Below are positions 8,290-16,656 of a stretch of 45,332 nt of DNA, piece after piece; the first letter of the stretch is position 1; each line of letters opens with the position of its first letter. Source of the DNA: Candidatus Thermofontivivens primus (GTDB lineage: Bacteria > Sysuimicrobiota > Sysuimicrobiia > Sysuimicrobiales > Thermofontiviventaceae); NCBI GenBank assembly GCA_031458695.1, contig JAVKJW010000018.1, positions 1 through 45,332 on the forward strand. The letters are read 5' to 3'. Both the position numbers and the translations under genes were made by a program. The notes below the pieces were generated by a model. The model saw only the letters and a list, made by a program, of their open reading frames with translations. It was not told the origin of the DNA and ran no database searches.

Positions 8290-10425
8290 TTAATGGAAGC
8301 GCTTGCGGCCGTGCCGTCCCCTCCGCCGCCCCACGCCCCCTCGGGAGGCCCCAGCGAAGAATGGCTCACCAAGCCCCTTCTTTAGCTCGGCGATCTGGTC
8401 CCGGAGGACAGCCGCCCGCTCGAACTCTAAATTCGCTGCCGCCCGCCGCATCTCCCGTTCGAGCTGGCTAATGGTCTCCTCCAGTTCTTGGGGTGAGAGC
8501 ATGAGCAGCCGGGCGACATCCCAGGGGACCGGCCGCCGCTCCTTGTCGAGGAGGCTCACCAGCTCCCTGGCGGTGAGGATGCCCTCCTCTTGAACCTGCT
8601 CAGGAGCTTCCTCTTCTGCAACCTGGGCGACCTGTTCGATGTCAATTAAGTCGCGGATGGGCTTGATGACGGATTGCGGCGTGATCCCGTGCTCCTCGTT
8701 GTAGCGGAGCTGGATCTCCCGGCGGCGGTTGGTCTCCTCGATGGCCCGGCGCATGCTCTCCGTCACCTCGTCAGCGTACAGGATGACACGCCCGGAGATG
8801 TGCCGGGCCGTGCGCCCCATGGTCTGGATGAGCGCTGTTTCTGACCGGAGGTACCCCTCCCTGTCGGCATCGAGGATGGCCACCAGGGAAACCTCAGGGA
8901 GGTCCAGCCCCTCTCGCAGGAGGTTGATCCCCACCAGGACATCATAGGTCCCTAAACGCAGATCCTTGAGGATCTGTGCCCGCTCCAGGGTATCGATCTC
9001 TGAATGGAGGTAGTGGACCTTGAACCCCATCTCCTGCAGGTAGCTGGTGAGGTCCTCGGCCATGCGCTTGGTCAGCGTAGTGACGAGCGTCCGCTCCCCC
9101 TTCTCGACCTGTGCCTTGATCTCGTGGATCAAATCGTCCACTTGTCCCTTTGCAGGGCGCACCTCGACATACGGGTCCACCAAGCCCGTTGGCCGCACGA
9201 TCTGTTCCACCACCTGTTGGGAGATCTCCAGCTCAAAAGGTCCTGGGGTCGCAGAGACAAAGATCACCTGGTTGATCAGCGAATCAAACTCCTCCCAGGT
9301 GAGCGGCCGGTTGTCGTACGCCGAGGGGAGGCGGAACCCAAAATCCACAAGGTTCTTTTTCCGGGATCGATCCCCTTCCACCATCCCCTTGATCTGGGGA
9401 ACGGTAACGTGGGATTCGTCGATGAACATGAGGTAGTCCCTGGGAAAGTAGTCCAGTAAACAACCTGGACGCTCTCCCGGTGCCCGGCCGTCGAGGTGGC
9501 GGGAGTAGTTCTCGATCCCAGGACAGTAGCCAGTCTCCCGCAATAGCTCCATGTCGTACCGGGTGCGGAACTCCAGGCGCTGGGCCTCCAGGAGCTTCCC
9601 CCGCTCCTTGAACCACTGGACCCTCTCCTGGAGTTCCTCCTCAATGCTTCTTAACGCCCTCTGGAGCCTATCCTCGGTGGTTACCCAGTGCTTTGCTGGC
9701 CAGATTGCCACCGCGACCTTCTCACCCAGGACCTCCCCGGTGAGAGGATCTACTTCCAGGATGCGGTCCACCTCGTCCCCGAACAGCTCAATGCGCACCA
9801 CCCGATCCTCATAAGCGGGCCACACTTCAATCACGTCCCCCCGGACCCGGAAGCGCCCGCGGGTGAGGTCGATATCATTGCGCTCGTACTGGATGTCCAC
9901 GAGCCGGCGGAGGATTTCCTCCCGGCTCTTGCGGTCGTTCCTGCGGATGAGGAGCATGACCTCCTTGTAGTCCTCGGGGCGGCCCAACCCATAGATACAG
10001 GAGACCGAGGCGACCACGATGACATCCCGGCGCTCCATGAGCGCCTTTGTCGCGGCGTGCCGCAGGCGGTCGATCTCGTCGTTAATGGAGGCGTCCTTGG
10101 CGATATACAAATCAGTCTGAGGCACGTACGCCTCTGGCTGGTAATAGTCATAGTAGCTCACGAAGTAGCGGACGGCGTTATGGGGGAAGAACTCCCGGAA
10201 CTCGCTGTAGAGCTGCGCTGCCAGGGTCTTGTTGTGGGCGATCACCAGGGTAGGTCGCTGCATCTGCTCGATGACCCGCGCCATTGTATAGGTTTTCCCA
10301 GATCCTGTGACCCCAAGGAGGGTCTGATAGCGGTAGTTCTTACGAAGGCCCTCTACGAGCTGGGCGATCGCCTTCGGCTGGTCCCCCCGAGGAGGCATGT
10401 CTGTGACCATCTTGAACTCCGGCAC
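8290..10425 (-). CDS. uvrB: Excinuclease ABC subunit B
   Basis: [41 protein letters not shown] and a C-terminal UVR domain. Confidence 0.99.
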   Translation of the reverse strand: MPEFKMVTDMPPRGDQPKAIAQLVEGLRKNYRYQTLLGVTGSGKTYTMARVIEQMQRPTLVIAHNKTLAAQLYSEFREFFPHNAVRYFVSYYDYYQPEAYVPQTDLYIAKDASINDEIDRLRHAATKALMERRDVIVVASVSCIYGLGRPEDYKEVMLLIRRNDRKSREEILRRLVDIQYERNDIDLTRGRFRVRGDVIEVWPAYEDRVVRIELFGDEVDRILEVDPLTGEVLGEKVAVAIWPAKHWVTTEDRLQRALRSIEEELQERVQWFKERGKLLEAQRLEFRTRYDMELLRETGYCPGIENYSRHLDGRAPGERPGCLLDYFPRDYLMFIDESHVTVPQIKGMVEGDRSRKKNLVDFGFRLPSAYDNRPLTWEEFDSLINQVIFVSATPGPFELEISQQVVEQIVRPTGLVDPYVEVRPAKGQVDDLIHEIKAQVEKGERTLVTTLTKRMAEDLTSYLQEMGFKVHYLHSEIDTLERAQILKDLRLGTYDVLVGINLLREGLDLPEVSLVAILDADREGYLRSETALIQTMGRTARHISGRVILYADEVTESMRRAIEETNRRREIQLRYNEEHGITPQSVIKPIRDLIDIEQVAQVAEEEAPEQVQEEGILTARELVSLLDKERRPVPWDVARLLMLSPQELEETISQLEREMRRAAANLEFERAAVLRDQIAELKKGLGEPFFAGASRGGVGRRRGRHGRKRFH

Positions 10426-10464
10426 CGGAAAGCCCCTCCCAGTGCATCAGCTAGGCATACACCT

Positions 10465-10473
10465 ATTATATCA
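10465..10473 (-). promoter_or_regulatory. Extended -10 promoter for uvrBAC
   Basis: TGaTATAAT on the minus strand, ~40 nt upstream of the uvrB start. Confidence 0.6.
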
Positions 10474-10491
10474 CCAGAGGAGATAGGCTGC

Positions 10492-11127
10492 CTACACTAA
10501 CCCCCTATCCCCAGTGAGCTCCCGCCATAAAGCTTCCACCTGGGCACGCGTTGCCTCCGGTGGTCCGTTGTTGTCAATCACCCAATCGGCAAGCTGGACC
10601 TTCTCGGAGAGAGGCATCTGGGCGCGCAGGCGAAGCTCGGCCTCCTCTCGGGTGAGGCCGTCCCTGGCGATCAATCGCTCGATGAGGACCTCCTCGTTCG
10701 CGTACACCACGATCACCCCGTCGAGGCCAGGTGGACGACCTGTCTCAAAGAGGAGGGGGATGTCCAGGATGACGATTCGCCGGCAGGAGTTGTCGAGGCT
10801 CCGCTGGCGCTCAACCTCTTCGAACATGCGCTGGCGGATGCGCGGGTGGGTGATGGCTTCAAGCTTTTCCCTTGCGGCGGGATCTTGGAAGATCTTCCTG
10901 GCCAGCTTCTTCCTGTCGACGTGTCCGGAGGGAAGGAGGTACTCCTCCCCGAACGATCCTACGATTTCTTTCCAGGCCTCGGTCCCAGGCTCGACGACCT
11001 CTCGGGCGATAGCGTCGGCATCGATGACAATTGCCCCAAGCTCTCGGAGGATCCCTGCCACAAGGCTTTTCCCGCTTGCGATCCCGCCAGTGAGGCCGAT
11101 GACCTTCAAACTCCTTCCTCCTCTCAC
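10492..11127 (-). CDS. coaE: Dephospho-CoA kinase
   Basis: IGLTGGIASGKS, IDAD, LEAITHPRI, DIPLLFE and IDNNG motifs; lies downstream of polA. Confidence 0.96.
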   Translation of the reverse strand: MRGGRSLKVIGLTGGIASGKSLVAGILRELGAIVIDADAIAREVVEPGTEAWKEIVGSFGEEYLLPSGHVDRKKLARKIFQDPAAREKLEAITHPRIRQRMFEEVERQRSLDNSCRRIVILDIPLLFETGRPPGLDGVIVVYANEEVLIERLIARDGLTREEAELRLRAQMPLSEKVQLADWVIDNNGPPEATRAQVEALWRELTGDRGLV

Positions 11128-11190
11128 ATGATTGCAAATTCACTGGTTCCAGGGGACCTGCACACCTTTCAACGTGTACCGTGGCCACTC

Positions 11191-13809
11191 TTAGGAAGGG
11201 ATTGTCTCCATGTCCCGCCAATTTTCGCCGACTTTGATCTCCACCACGATAGGGACAGCGAGGGGGAAGACTGTCTCCATGACCTCGCGGATTTTCGCAG
11301 CAAGTTCCTGCACCCCATCCCTGGGGACCTCGAACAAAAGCTCGTCGTGGATCTGTAGGATCATCTGCACACCTGGGGAGGGTTGCAGGACGCGGTGGTA
11401 GAGGTCTATCATGGCCTTCTTGATCAGGTCGGCGTTCGTGCCCTGGATGGGGGTGTTGATGGCCGTTCGCTCGGCCGCCTCCCGGATGGCCCGGTTCCGG
11501 CTGTGGATATCGGGGAGGTAACGGCGGCGGCCAAAGAGCGTGGTCACATAGCCATCCTGCCGAGCGCGCTTGACGATCTCCTGGACGTACGCATGCACCT
11601 TTGGGTAACGTTGGAAGTATCGCTCAATGTATGCCTTGGCCTCCCCCTTGCTTGTCCCAAGCTGGGTACTGAGCCCGAATTCGCTGATCCCGTAGATGAT
11701 CCCGAAGTTAATGATCTTGGCTTTGCGTCGCATCTCCGGGGTCACGGCCTCCTTGGGGACCCCGAACACCTCGCTGGCGGTCGTAGCGTGGACATCCTCC
11801 CCTCGCCGGAATACCTCTAAGAGTGCCTCGTCCCTGCAGATGTGGGCAAGGATACGGAGCTCGATCTGGGAGTAGTCCGCCCCCAAGAGGACGTTCCCCC
11901 GATCTCCCGGGACAATGGCACGGCGGATCTTCCGGCCGACCTCCGTGCGAATAGGGAGATTCTGGAGGTTGGGGTCGGTGGTGACGATACGCCCCGTCGC
12001 AGCCACGGTTTGGTTGAAGGTAGCGTGGACGCGGCCTGTGGCAGGGTGTACCATGCGCGGGAGGACGTCCACATAGGTAGTCTTGAGCTTGCTCAGCTCG
12101 CGATACTCCAGGATCTTCGCCACGATCTCGTGGGACGGAGCCAGGGCCTCCAGAACCTCCGCATCTGTGGAAAGCCCCGTCTTTGTCTTCTTTAACGCCG
12201 GGAGCCCCAGCTTCTCGAACAACACGAAGGAGAGCTGTTTGGGGGAGTTGATGTTGAACTCCATCCCACTCATGGCATAGATCTCCTGGCCAAGGGCACG
12301 GAGGCGCTCCCCCATCTCTCCAGAGAGCTCTTGGAGGTAGGAGACGTCCACAGCCACCCCCGCCAGCTCCATGGACGCAAGGACCTCTACAAGCGGCATC
12401 TCAATCTCCCAGAACAGCGGGAGGAGTTCCTTCTCTCGCAGGCGCTCGATGAGCACGCTGTGCAAGCGCAGGAGGACATCTGCTTGCTCACACAAGGAGG
12501 AAGGGTTAATGGCGGTGCGCAGCAACTCCCCCTCCTCCTTTGCTGGCTGGAGCTTCCACCCCAGAAAATCCCAAGCCACGGTTTCGATGGTATGGGTGCG
12601 CTTGTTGGGGTTGAGGAGGTAGCTCGCGATGGTGACGTCGAAAGCCCTTCGGCCCCGGAAGAGCGGCGAGCCGCGAAGGAGCAGAAGATCCCCCTTGGCG
12701 TCCCCCGTCACCTGAACCGTGCCATCCCCAAGTGCAGCGGCGAGCTCGGCGGGAAGGCACCCCTCAGGAAGGGGCAGGTACAAAGCTCTTCCAGGCCGCG
12801 CACAAACGGCAATCCCTACAAGCTTCCTGTCCAGAGGATGCTCGCCTGAGCTATGGAGCACCATACCAATCCATGGTGCACCACGGATCTCCTCGAGCAC
12901 CTCCTCCAGGTTTGCAGCAGTGCGATACTCCCCTTGGGGAGGCGGCTCCTCGATGCCGATGCGCTCCAGGAGGCTTCGAAACTCCAGCTGCTGGAAAAGC
13001 TCCCGGACGCGGAAGACATCAGGTTCGACCCGCTGAAGGGCGTCCCACTCCCACTGAAGGGGGACGTCGGTGGCGATTGTGGTGAGGGCCTTGTTCTGCA
13101 GGATCTGCTGGCTATAGGCAAGGATCCGTTCCCTGAGTTTATCCTGGGAGATCCTCTCCGCCTCAGCCAGGAGGCGTTCCACCGTCCCGAACTCCTGGAG
13201 AAGTCGGATCGCAGTCTTCTCCCCCACCCCAGGGACCCCCGGGATGTTGTCGGTGGCGTCCCCTATAAGGCCCTTCAGGTCTGGGATCTGCTTGGGCACG
13301 AGGCCGAAGCGGCGCAGGACTGCGACCTCGTCGTAAATGGTAGTCTCCGTGATCCCCCGGCTTGTCACCATCACTTGGACACGAGGGCCAACGAGCTGGA
13401 GCATATCCAGATCCCCGGTGACAATGAGCACCTCCATCCCATCCTCGACCGCTCGCCGGGCAATGGTGGCGATGACGTCCTCCGCCTCGTATCCGGAAAC
13501 TTCGAAGATGGGAATCCGGAAGGCCTCCACGACTTGTCTCACGGCCCCTAGCTGATCCCGGAGGTCATCAGGCATCTTAGGCCGTGTCGCTTTGTACTCC
13601 TCGTACTGTTCATGCCGGAACGTGGGAATCGCCTTGTCGAAAGCCACAGCGATGTAGTCCGGGGAGGATTCCTCCAGCACTTTGAGGAGCATGGTGGTAA
13701 ACCCGTAGACAGCATTGGTGGGCCGCCCCTCGCTCGTCGTCAGGTAGGGGAGGGCGTAGAAAGCCCGGTAGACAAGGCCGCTGCCATCGATGAGAACCAA
13801 CCTGGGCAT
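11191..13809 (-). CDS. polA: DNA polymerase I
   Basis: 5'-nuclease (LIDGS..YRAFYA, GDATDNIPGVPGVGEKTA) and polymerase motifs A (DYSQIELR), B (KIINFGIIYG) and C (QIHDEL). Confidence 0.99.
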   Translation of the reverse strand: MPRLVLIDGSGLVYRAFYALPYLTTSEGRPTNAVYGFTTMLLKVLEESSPDYIAVAFDKAIPTFRHEQYEEYKATRPKMPDDLRDQLGAVRQVVEAFRIPIFEVSGYEAEDVIATIARRAVEDGMEVLIVTGDLDMLQLVGPRVQVMVTSRGITETTIYDEVAVLRRFGLVPKQIPDLKGLIGDATDNIPGVPGVGEKTAIRLLQEFGTVERLLAEAERISQDKLRERILAYSQQILQNKALTTIATDVPLQWEWDALQRVEPDVFRVRELFQQLEFRSLLERIGIEEPPPQGEYRTAANLEEVLEEIRGAPWIGMVLHSSGEHPLDRKLVGIAVCARPGRALYLPLPEGCLPAELAAALGDGTVQVTGDAKGDLLLLRGSPLFRGRRAFDVTIASYLLNPNKRTHTIETVAWDFLGWKLQPAKEEGELLRTAINPSSLCEQADVLLRLHSVLIERLREKELLPLFWEIEMPLVEVLASMELAGVAVDVSYLQELSGEMGERLRALGQEIYAMSGMEFNINSPKQLSFVLFEKLGLPALKKTKTGLSTDAEVLEALAPSHEIVAKILEYRELSKLKTTYVDVLPRMVHPATGRVHATFNQTVAATGRIVTTDPNLQNLPIRTEVGRKIRRAIVPGDRGNVLLGADYSQIELRILAHICRDEALLEVFRRGEDVHATTASEVFGVPKEAVTPEMRRKAKIINFGIIYGISEFGLSTQLGTSKGEAKAYIERYFQRYPKVHAYVQEIVKRARQDGYVTTLFGRRRYLPDIHSRNRAIREAAERTAINTPIQGTNADLIKKAMIDLYHRVLQPSPGVQMILQIHDELLFEVPRDGVQELAAKIREVMETVFPLAVPIVVEIKVGENWRDMETIPS

Positions 13810-13826
13810 GGGTTCACCTCGGCACC

Positions 13827-13896
13827 ATTATAGCTCAAAGCGGGTAGGCACGTGGGCCTGCTCTGTTTTGCCATTGAGACGGAAGTATGATACATT
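13827..13896. promoter_or_regulatory. Divergent promoters for polA (-) and tRNA-Leu (+)
   Basis: Minus-strand TATAAT at 13827-13832. Plus-strand TTGCCA(13868)-N17-TACATT(13891) with a TG extension. Confidence 0.55.
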
Positions 13897-13925
13897 GTAG
13901 GGATGGAGGCAACCCGCCCACCAAT

Positions 13926-14013
13926 GCCGGGCTGGCGAAACTGGCAAACGCGGCGGACTCAAAATCCGCTGGGCCCCAAGCCCTTGGGGGTTCGACTCCC
14001 CCGCCCGGCACCA
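13926..14013 (+). tRNA. tRNA-Leu (CAA)
   Basis: GCCGGGC...GCGGA-CT-CAA-AA-TCCGC, long variable arm, GGTTCGACTCC, GCCCGGC-A-CCA. Confidence 0.97.
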
Positions 14014-14143
14014 GCAAAATCTCGCTCGAACATCGGACCCAAGAGCTATCCCTGCACGCAGGCGCACCCGAGAACCCCCAAGGGGAATCTCTTCGTCCCT
14101 TCCCTTCTTCGGTATACTTGAGGAGGGAGAGGGGTGAGGAGAA

Positions 14144-14566
14144 ATGAAGCGCATACGGTGCAACCGTTGTGATCATCCCATTGAGTACTGCGAGTGCCTG
14201 ACAACCCCACCTCGTCCCTTGCTCGGACCCAACGATGTGCTCATCGATGGAGGCCTCGGAAAGCCGGTGGTCATCCGTCCTGGAAGTCGGCTCCTCTCCG
14301 TAGGTGTTACCGTCGCCTTCCTGCTCCTGCCCGTGGCGGTTGCCCTCATCCCTTTTCTAGGGGCGCTCGCGTTCAGCGGGATGAGCGGTGGGGTTGTATG
14401 CTGGCACCAAGTCGCAGGGTTTCTCACGGGCATCCTGCTTGCCCTCGGTCTCACCCTGTCCACACCGTACATCCTCTTGCGCCTCGCGTACCCCCGCAGG
14501 CGACGCGAGCTATGGGATCCCTACACTGAATCCTTGGAGTCTGGTCCCTGGAACAAGGCGAAGTAG
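14144..14566 (+). CDS. Hypothetical membrane protein with N-terminal CxxC-x6-CxC motif
   Basis: RBS GAGGAG before ATG, two hydrophobic segments and a Cys cluster. No family recognised. Confidence 0.65.
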   Translation: MKRIRCNRCDHPIEYCECLTTPPRPLLGPNDVLIDGGLGKPVVIRPGSRLLSVGVTVAFLLLPVAVALIPFLGALAFSGMSGGVVCWHQVAGFLTGILLALGLTLSTPYILLRLAYPRRRRELWDPYTESLESGPWNKAK

Positions 14567-15633
14567 TGGGAAAGGAAAACGTGATCGAATCCCATCCGAC
14601 AAGCAATTCGCACCACGAAGTCCAGGGATCCCGGAGAGAGAAGGATCACCACCCTTTCGAACCACTGTAGGATACGGTAACGCCAGCGCTGTTGGGCAAC
14701 GAAACCAGAGTAGACTCTCTGGGCATCCTCGAGCTCAAGCTGTCCCTCCAAGATCTTCCTGAGAAGGGTTCCGCACAGCCACCCCGCTTGGACAGCTGTC
14801 CTGATCCCTTCCCCGGAAAGGGGCAAGCAGTGCCCCGCCGAATCCCCCACAAAGAAGATCCGATCCTGGAGAGGAGGACGGAGCCCGCCGCCGAGGAACC
14901 CTCCGTGGACCTGGGAGGAAGGCCGGAGCCCAAACCTTTTGAGGAATCTCTCCAGTGTGCGAAGAAGCCTCCCCTCCCTCAGCAGGTGGGATGGATACAC
15001 AGGACCTCCACCGAGATAGCGAAGAACCCCGAAACGGACAGTCCCCCCGCACGGGAAGGCCCAAGCATACCCCTTCGGAACCTCCGGAACGAAGTAGAAG
15101 TGTAAACCAGGTGGTAACTCATAGCGGATTTCTGTCTCGAGCCCAAAAGCCATCCACCAACGGGTGCGAGGAACCCGGGCGGGCCTCCCAGGGCCCGCAA
15201 GCGCTGCTCTCCATCCGGTACAGTCAACCAAGAACTGCGCCTTGATCCGCCCGTGGGGCGTCAGAACCTCTGTACCCTCTCTCCCATGCACACGAAGAAC
15301 CTTCACCTCGACATCCAGGCCATGGAGGGAGTCGAGGCAGAATCGCCGGTAGTCAAATGTACAGAAAGGCTCCGGGAGGACCCAGCGCTGTGAACCTGAG
15401 GCGGTGTGTAAGACGAGATAGGGATGCTCCTGGAGGATGGAACCTGCAGCACCCATCCGTCGAACCAAGCTGACGGGCGCAGCGCACGCGGAGGTCTGGC
15501 CTTCCCCCACAGGCTTCCGGTCTACCAGCAAGACACGGCAGCATGGGCCATCTCCCCCTACCAGAGACCGCACCACGGCAAGCCCCGCAAAGCTCGCTCC
15601 AGCGATGAGGACATCATACTCGGGAACTCCCAC
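14521..15633 (-). CDS. FAD-dependent oxidoreductase, geranylgeranyl-reductase/FixC-like family
   Basis: YDVLIAGASFAG dinucleotide fold, VDCTG, GYAWAFP and VGDSAG..PLSGEGI. Confidence 0.85.
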   Translation of the reverse strand: MGVPEYDVLIAGASFAGLAVVRSLVGGDGPCCRVLLVDRKPVGEGQTSACAAPVSLVRRMGAAGSILQEHPYLVLHTASGSQRWVLPEPFCTFDYRRFCLDSLHGLDVEVKVLRVHGREGTEVLTPHGRIKAQFLVDCTGWRAALAGPGRPARVPRTRWWMAFGLETEIRYELPPGLHFYFVPEVPKGYAWAFPCGGTVRFGVLRYLGGGPVYPSHLLREGRLLRTLERFLKRFGLRPSSQVHGGFLGGGLRPPLQDRIFFVGDSAGHCLPLSGEGIRTAVQAGWLCGTLLRKILEGQLELEDAQRVYSGFVAQQRWRYRILQWFERVVILLSPGSLDFVVRIACRMGFDHVFLSHYFALFQGPDSKDSV

Positions 15634-15892
15634 GTGGGATCCCTCTGAAGCGACTTCGAACGATGGCCTCTATGGAGGCAAACGAGACGCGACCTTCTGC
15701 TACCTCCTCTCCTTCCAGGAGCACCACCGGGATGCGGTCGTGGTAGCGCGCATAGAGACCGGGATCTTCAAGGATGTTTACGTAGGTGAGCTGGAGGGGA
15801 TACGTCCTGGAAAGGATCCGAATGGCATCCAATGCCTTCTCGCAGAGAGCACAACCTGGCTTTCCATAGACGGTGAACCTCAGCGCGTTCAT
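15614..15892 (-). CDS. Glutaredoxin-like protein (DUF836 type)
   Basis: YGKPGCALCEKA CxxC motif and Y...IPVV; overlaps both neighbours, consistent with an operon. Confidence 0.85.
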   Translation of the reverse strand: MNALRFTVYGKPGCALCEKALDAIRILSRTYPLQLTYVNILEDPGLYARYHDRIPVVLLEGEEVAEGRVSFASIEAIVRSRFRGIPRGSSRV

Positions 15893-16626
15893 TGGATCAG
15901 CTTGGCATAGGTGAACTTGATGGTTCCCTTGTATGCGGGGACTTCCACGTTCTGGGCCTGCTCTACGGTGATGACCAGCCCAAGCGCCCGCAGGCTCTCC
16001 ACAAGGCCCCCACGGATGTTCATAGCCCCGGCGAGGGTTTCTGGATCCCCAATCGCCCGGATCTCGTAGGGACCCCGCACCCGTTTCAGGTTGACCACAA
16101 TTGTCCCTCCGACTTGCCCGAAGCCTGTTGAAGCAGTCACCCTCTGGTCATTGATAGCCACGGCCTCAGCTCCAGCAGCCCACAGCTCGTTGACAATCGC
16201 GACGATGTCCTGGTACTGAACGACAACTGGGCTGATGCCCCTCGCTTGCTGTTTCGCATCCTCCACCCGCACGACCACACCTGGACCTCGCATTGGGAGC
16301 AACCCAGCGTAAGCGCGGAGGGTTTCGAGCTCCCTGGACATCTGCTCCGCGAGGGTCTTCCCTTGACTCACTGCCTGTTCAAACTCGCGGAGCTGCCGTC
16401 GAAGTTCGCTGACTTCCTTCTCCAGGGCTTTCCGAGCCTCCCGCTCCTGGCGGAGGAGGGTGGCTAAGGCGTAGATATTCCGGGTAGGAATTTCAGGATA
16501 GACGGACAATGTGCGGCCTGCGCGGAATTGGACCACGAACAGGAAACCCAACACCATCAGGGCAATGGCAGTAGCTACCTGCCATCCCCGGATCCTCCGC
16601 CCGTGCCCTCCTTCAGCCCGGCCCAT
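15889..16626 (-). CDS. DUF881 family membrane-anchored protein
   Basis: N-terminal TM and coiled coil, GPGVVVRVED, VNELWAAGAEAVAINDQR and PYEIRAIGDP. Confidence 0.9.
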   Translation of the reverse strand: MGRAEGGHGRRIRGWQVATAIALMVLGFLFVVQFRAGRTLSVYPEIPTRNIYALATLLRQEREARKALEKEVSELRRQLREFEQAVSQGKTLAEQMSRELETLRAYAGLLPMRGPGVVVRVEDAKQQARGISPVVVQYQDIVAIVNELWAAGAEAVAINDQRVTASTGFGQVGGTIVVNLKRVRGPYEIRAIGDPETLAGAMNIRGGLVESLRALGLVITVEQAQNVEVPAYKGTIKFTYAKLIQ

Positions 16627-16656
16627 CCGAACCGCCCTCCAACCAGGAGGAACTAT

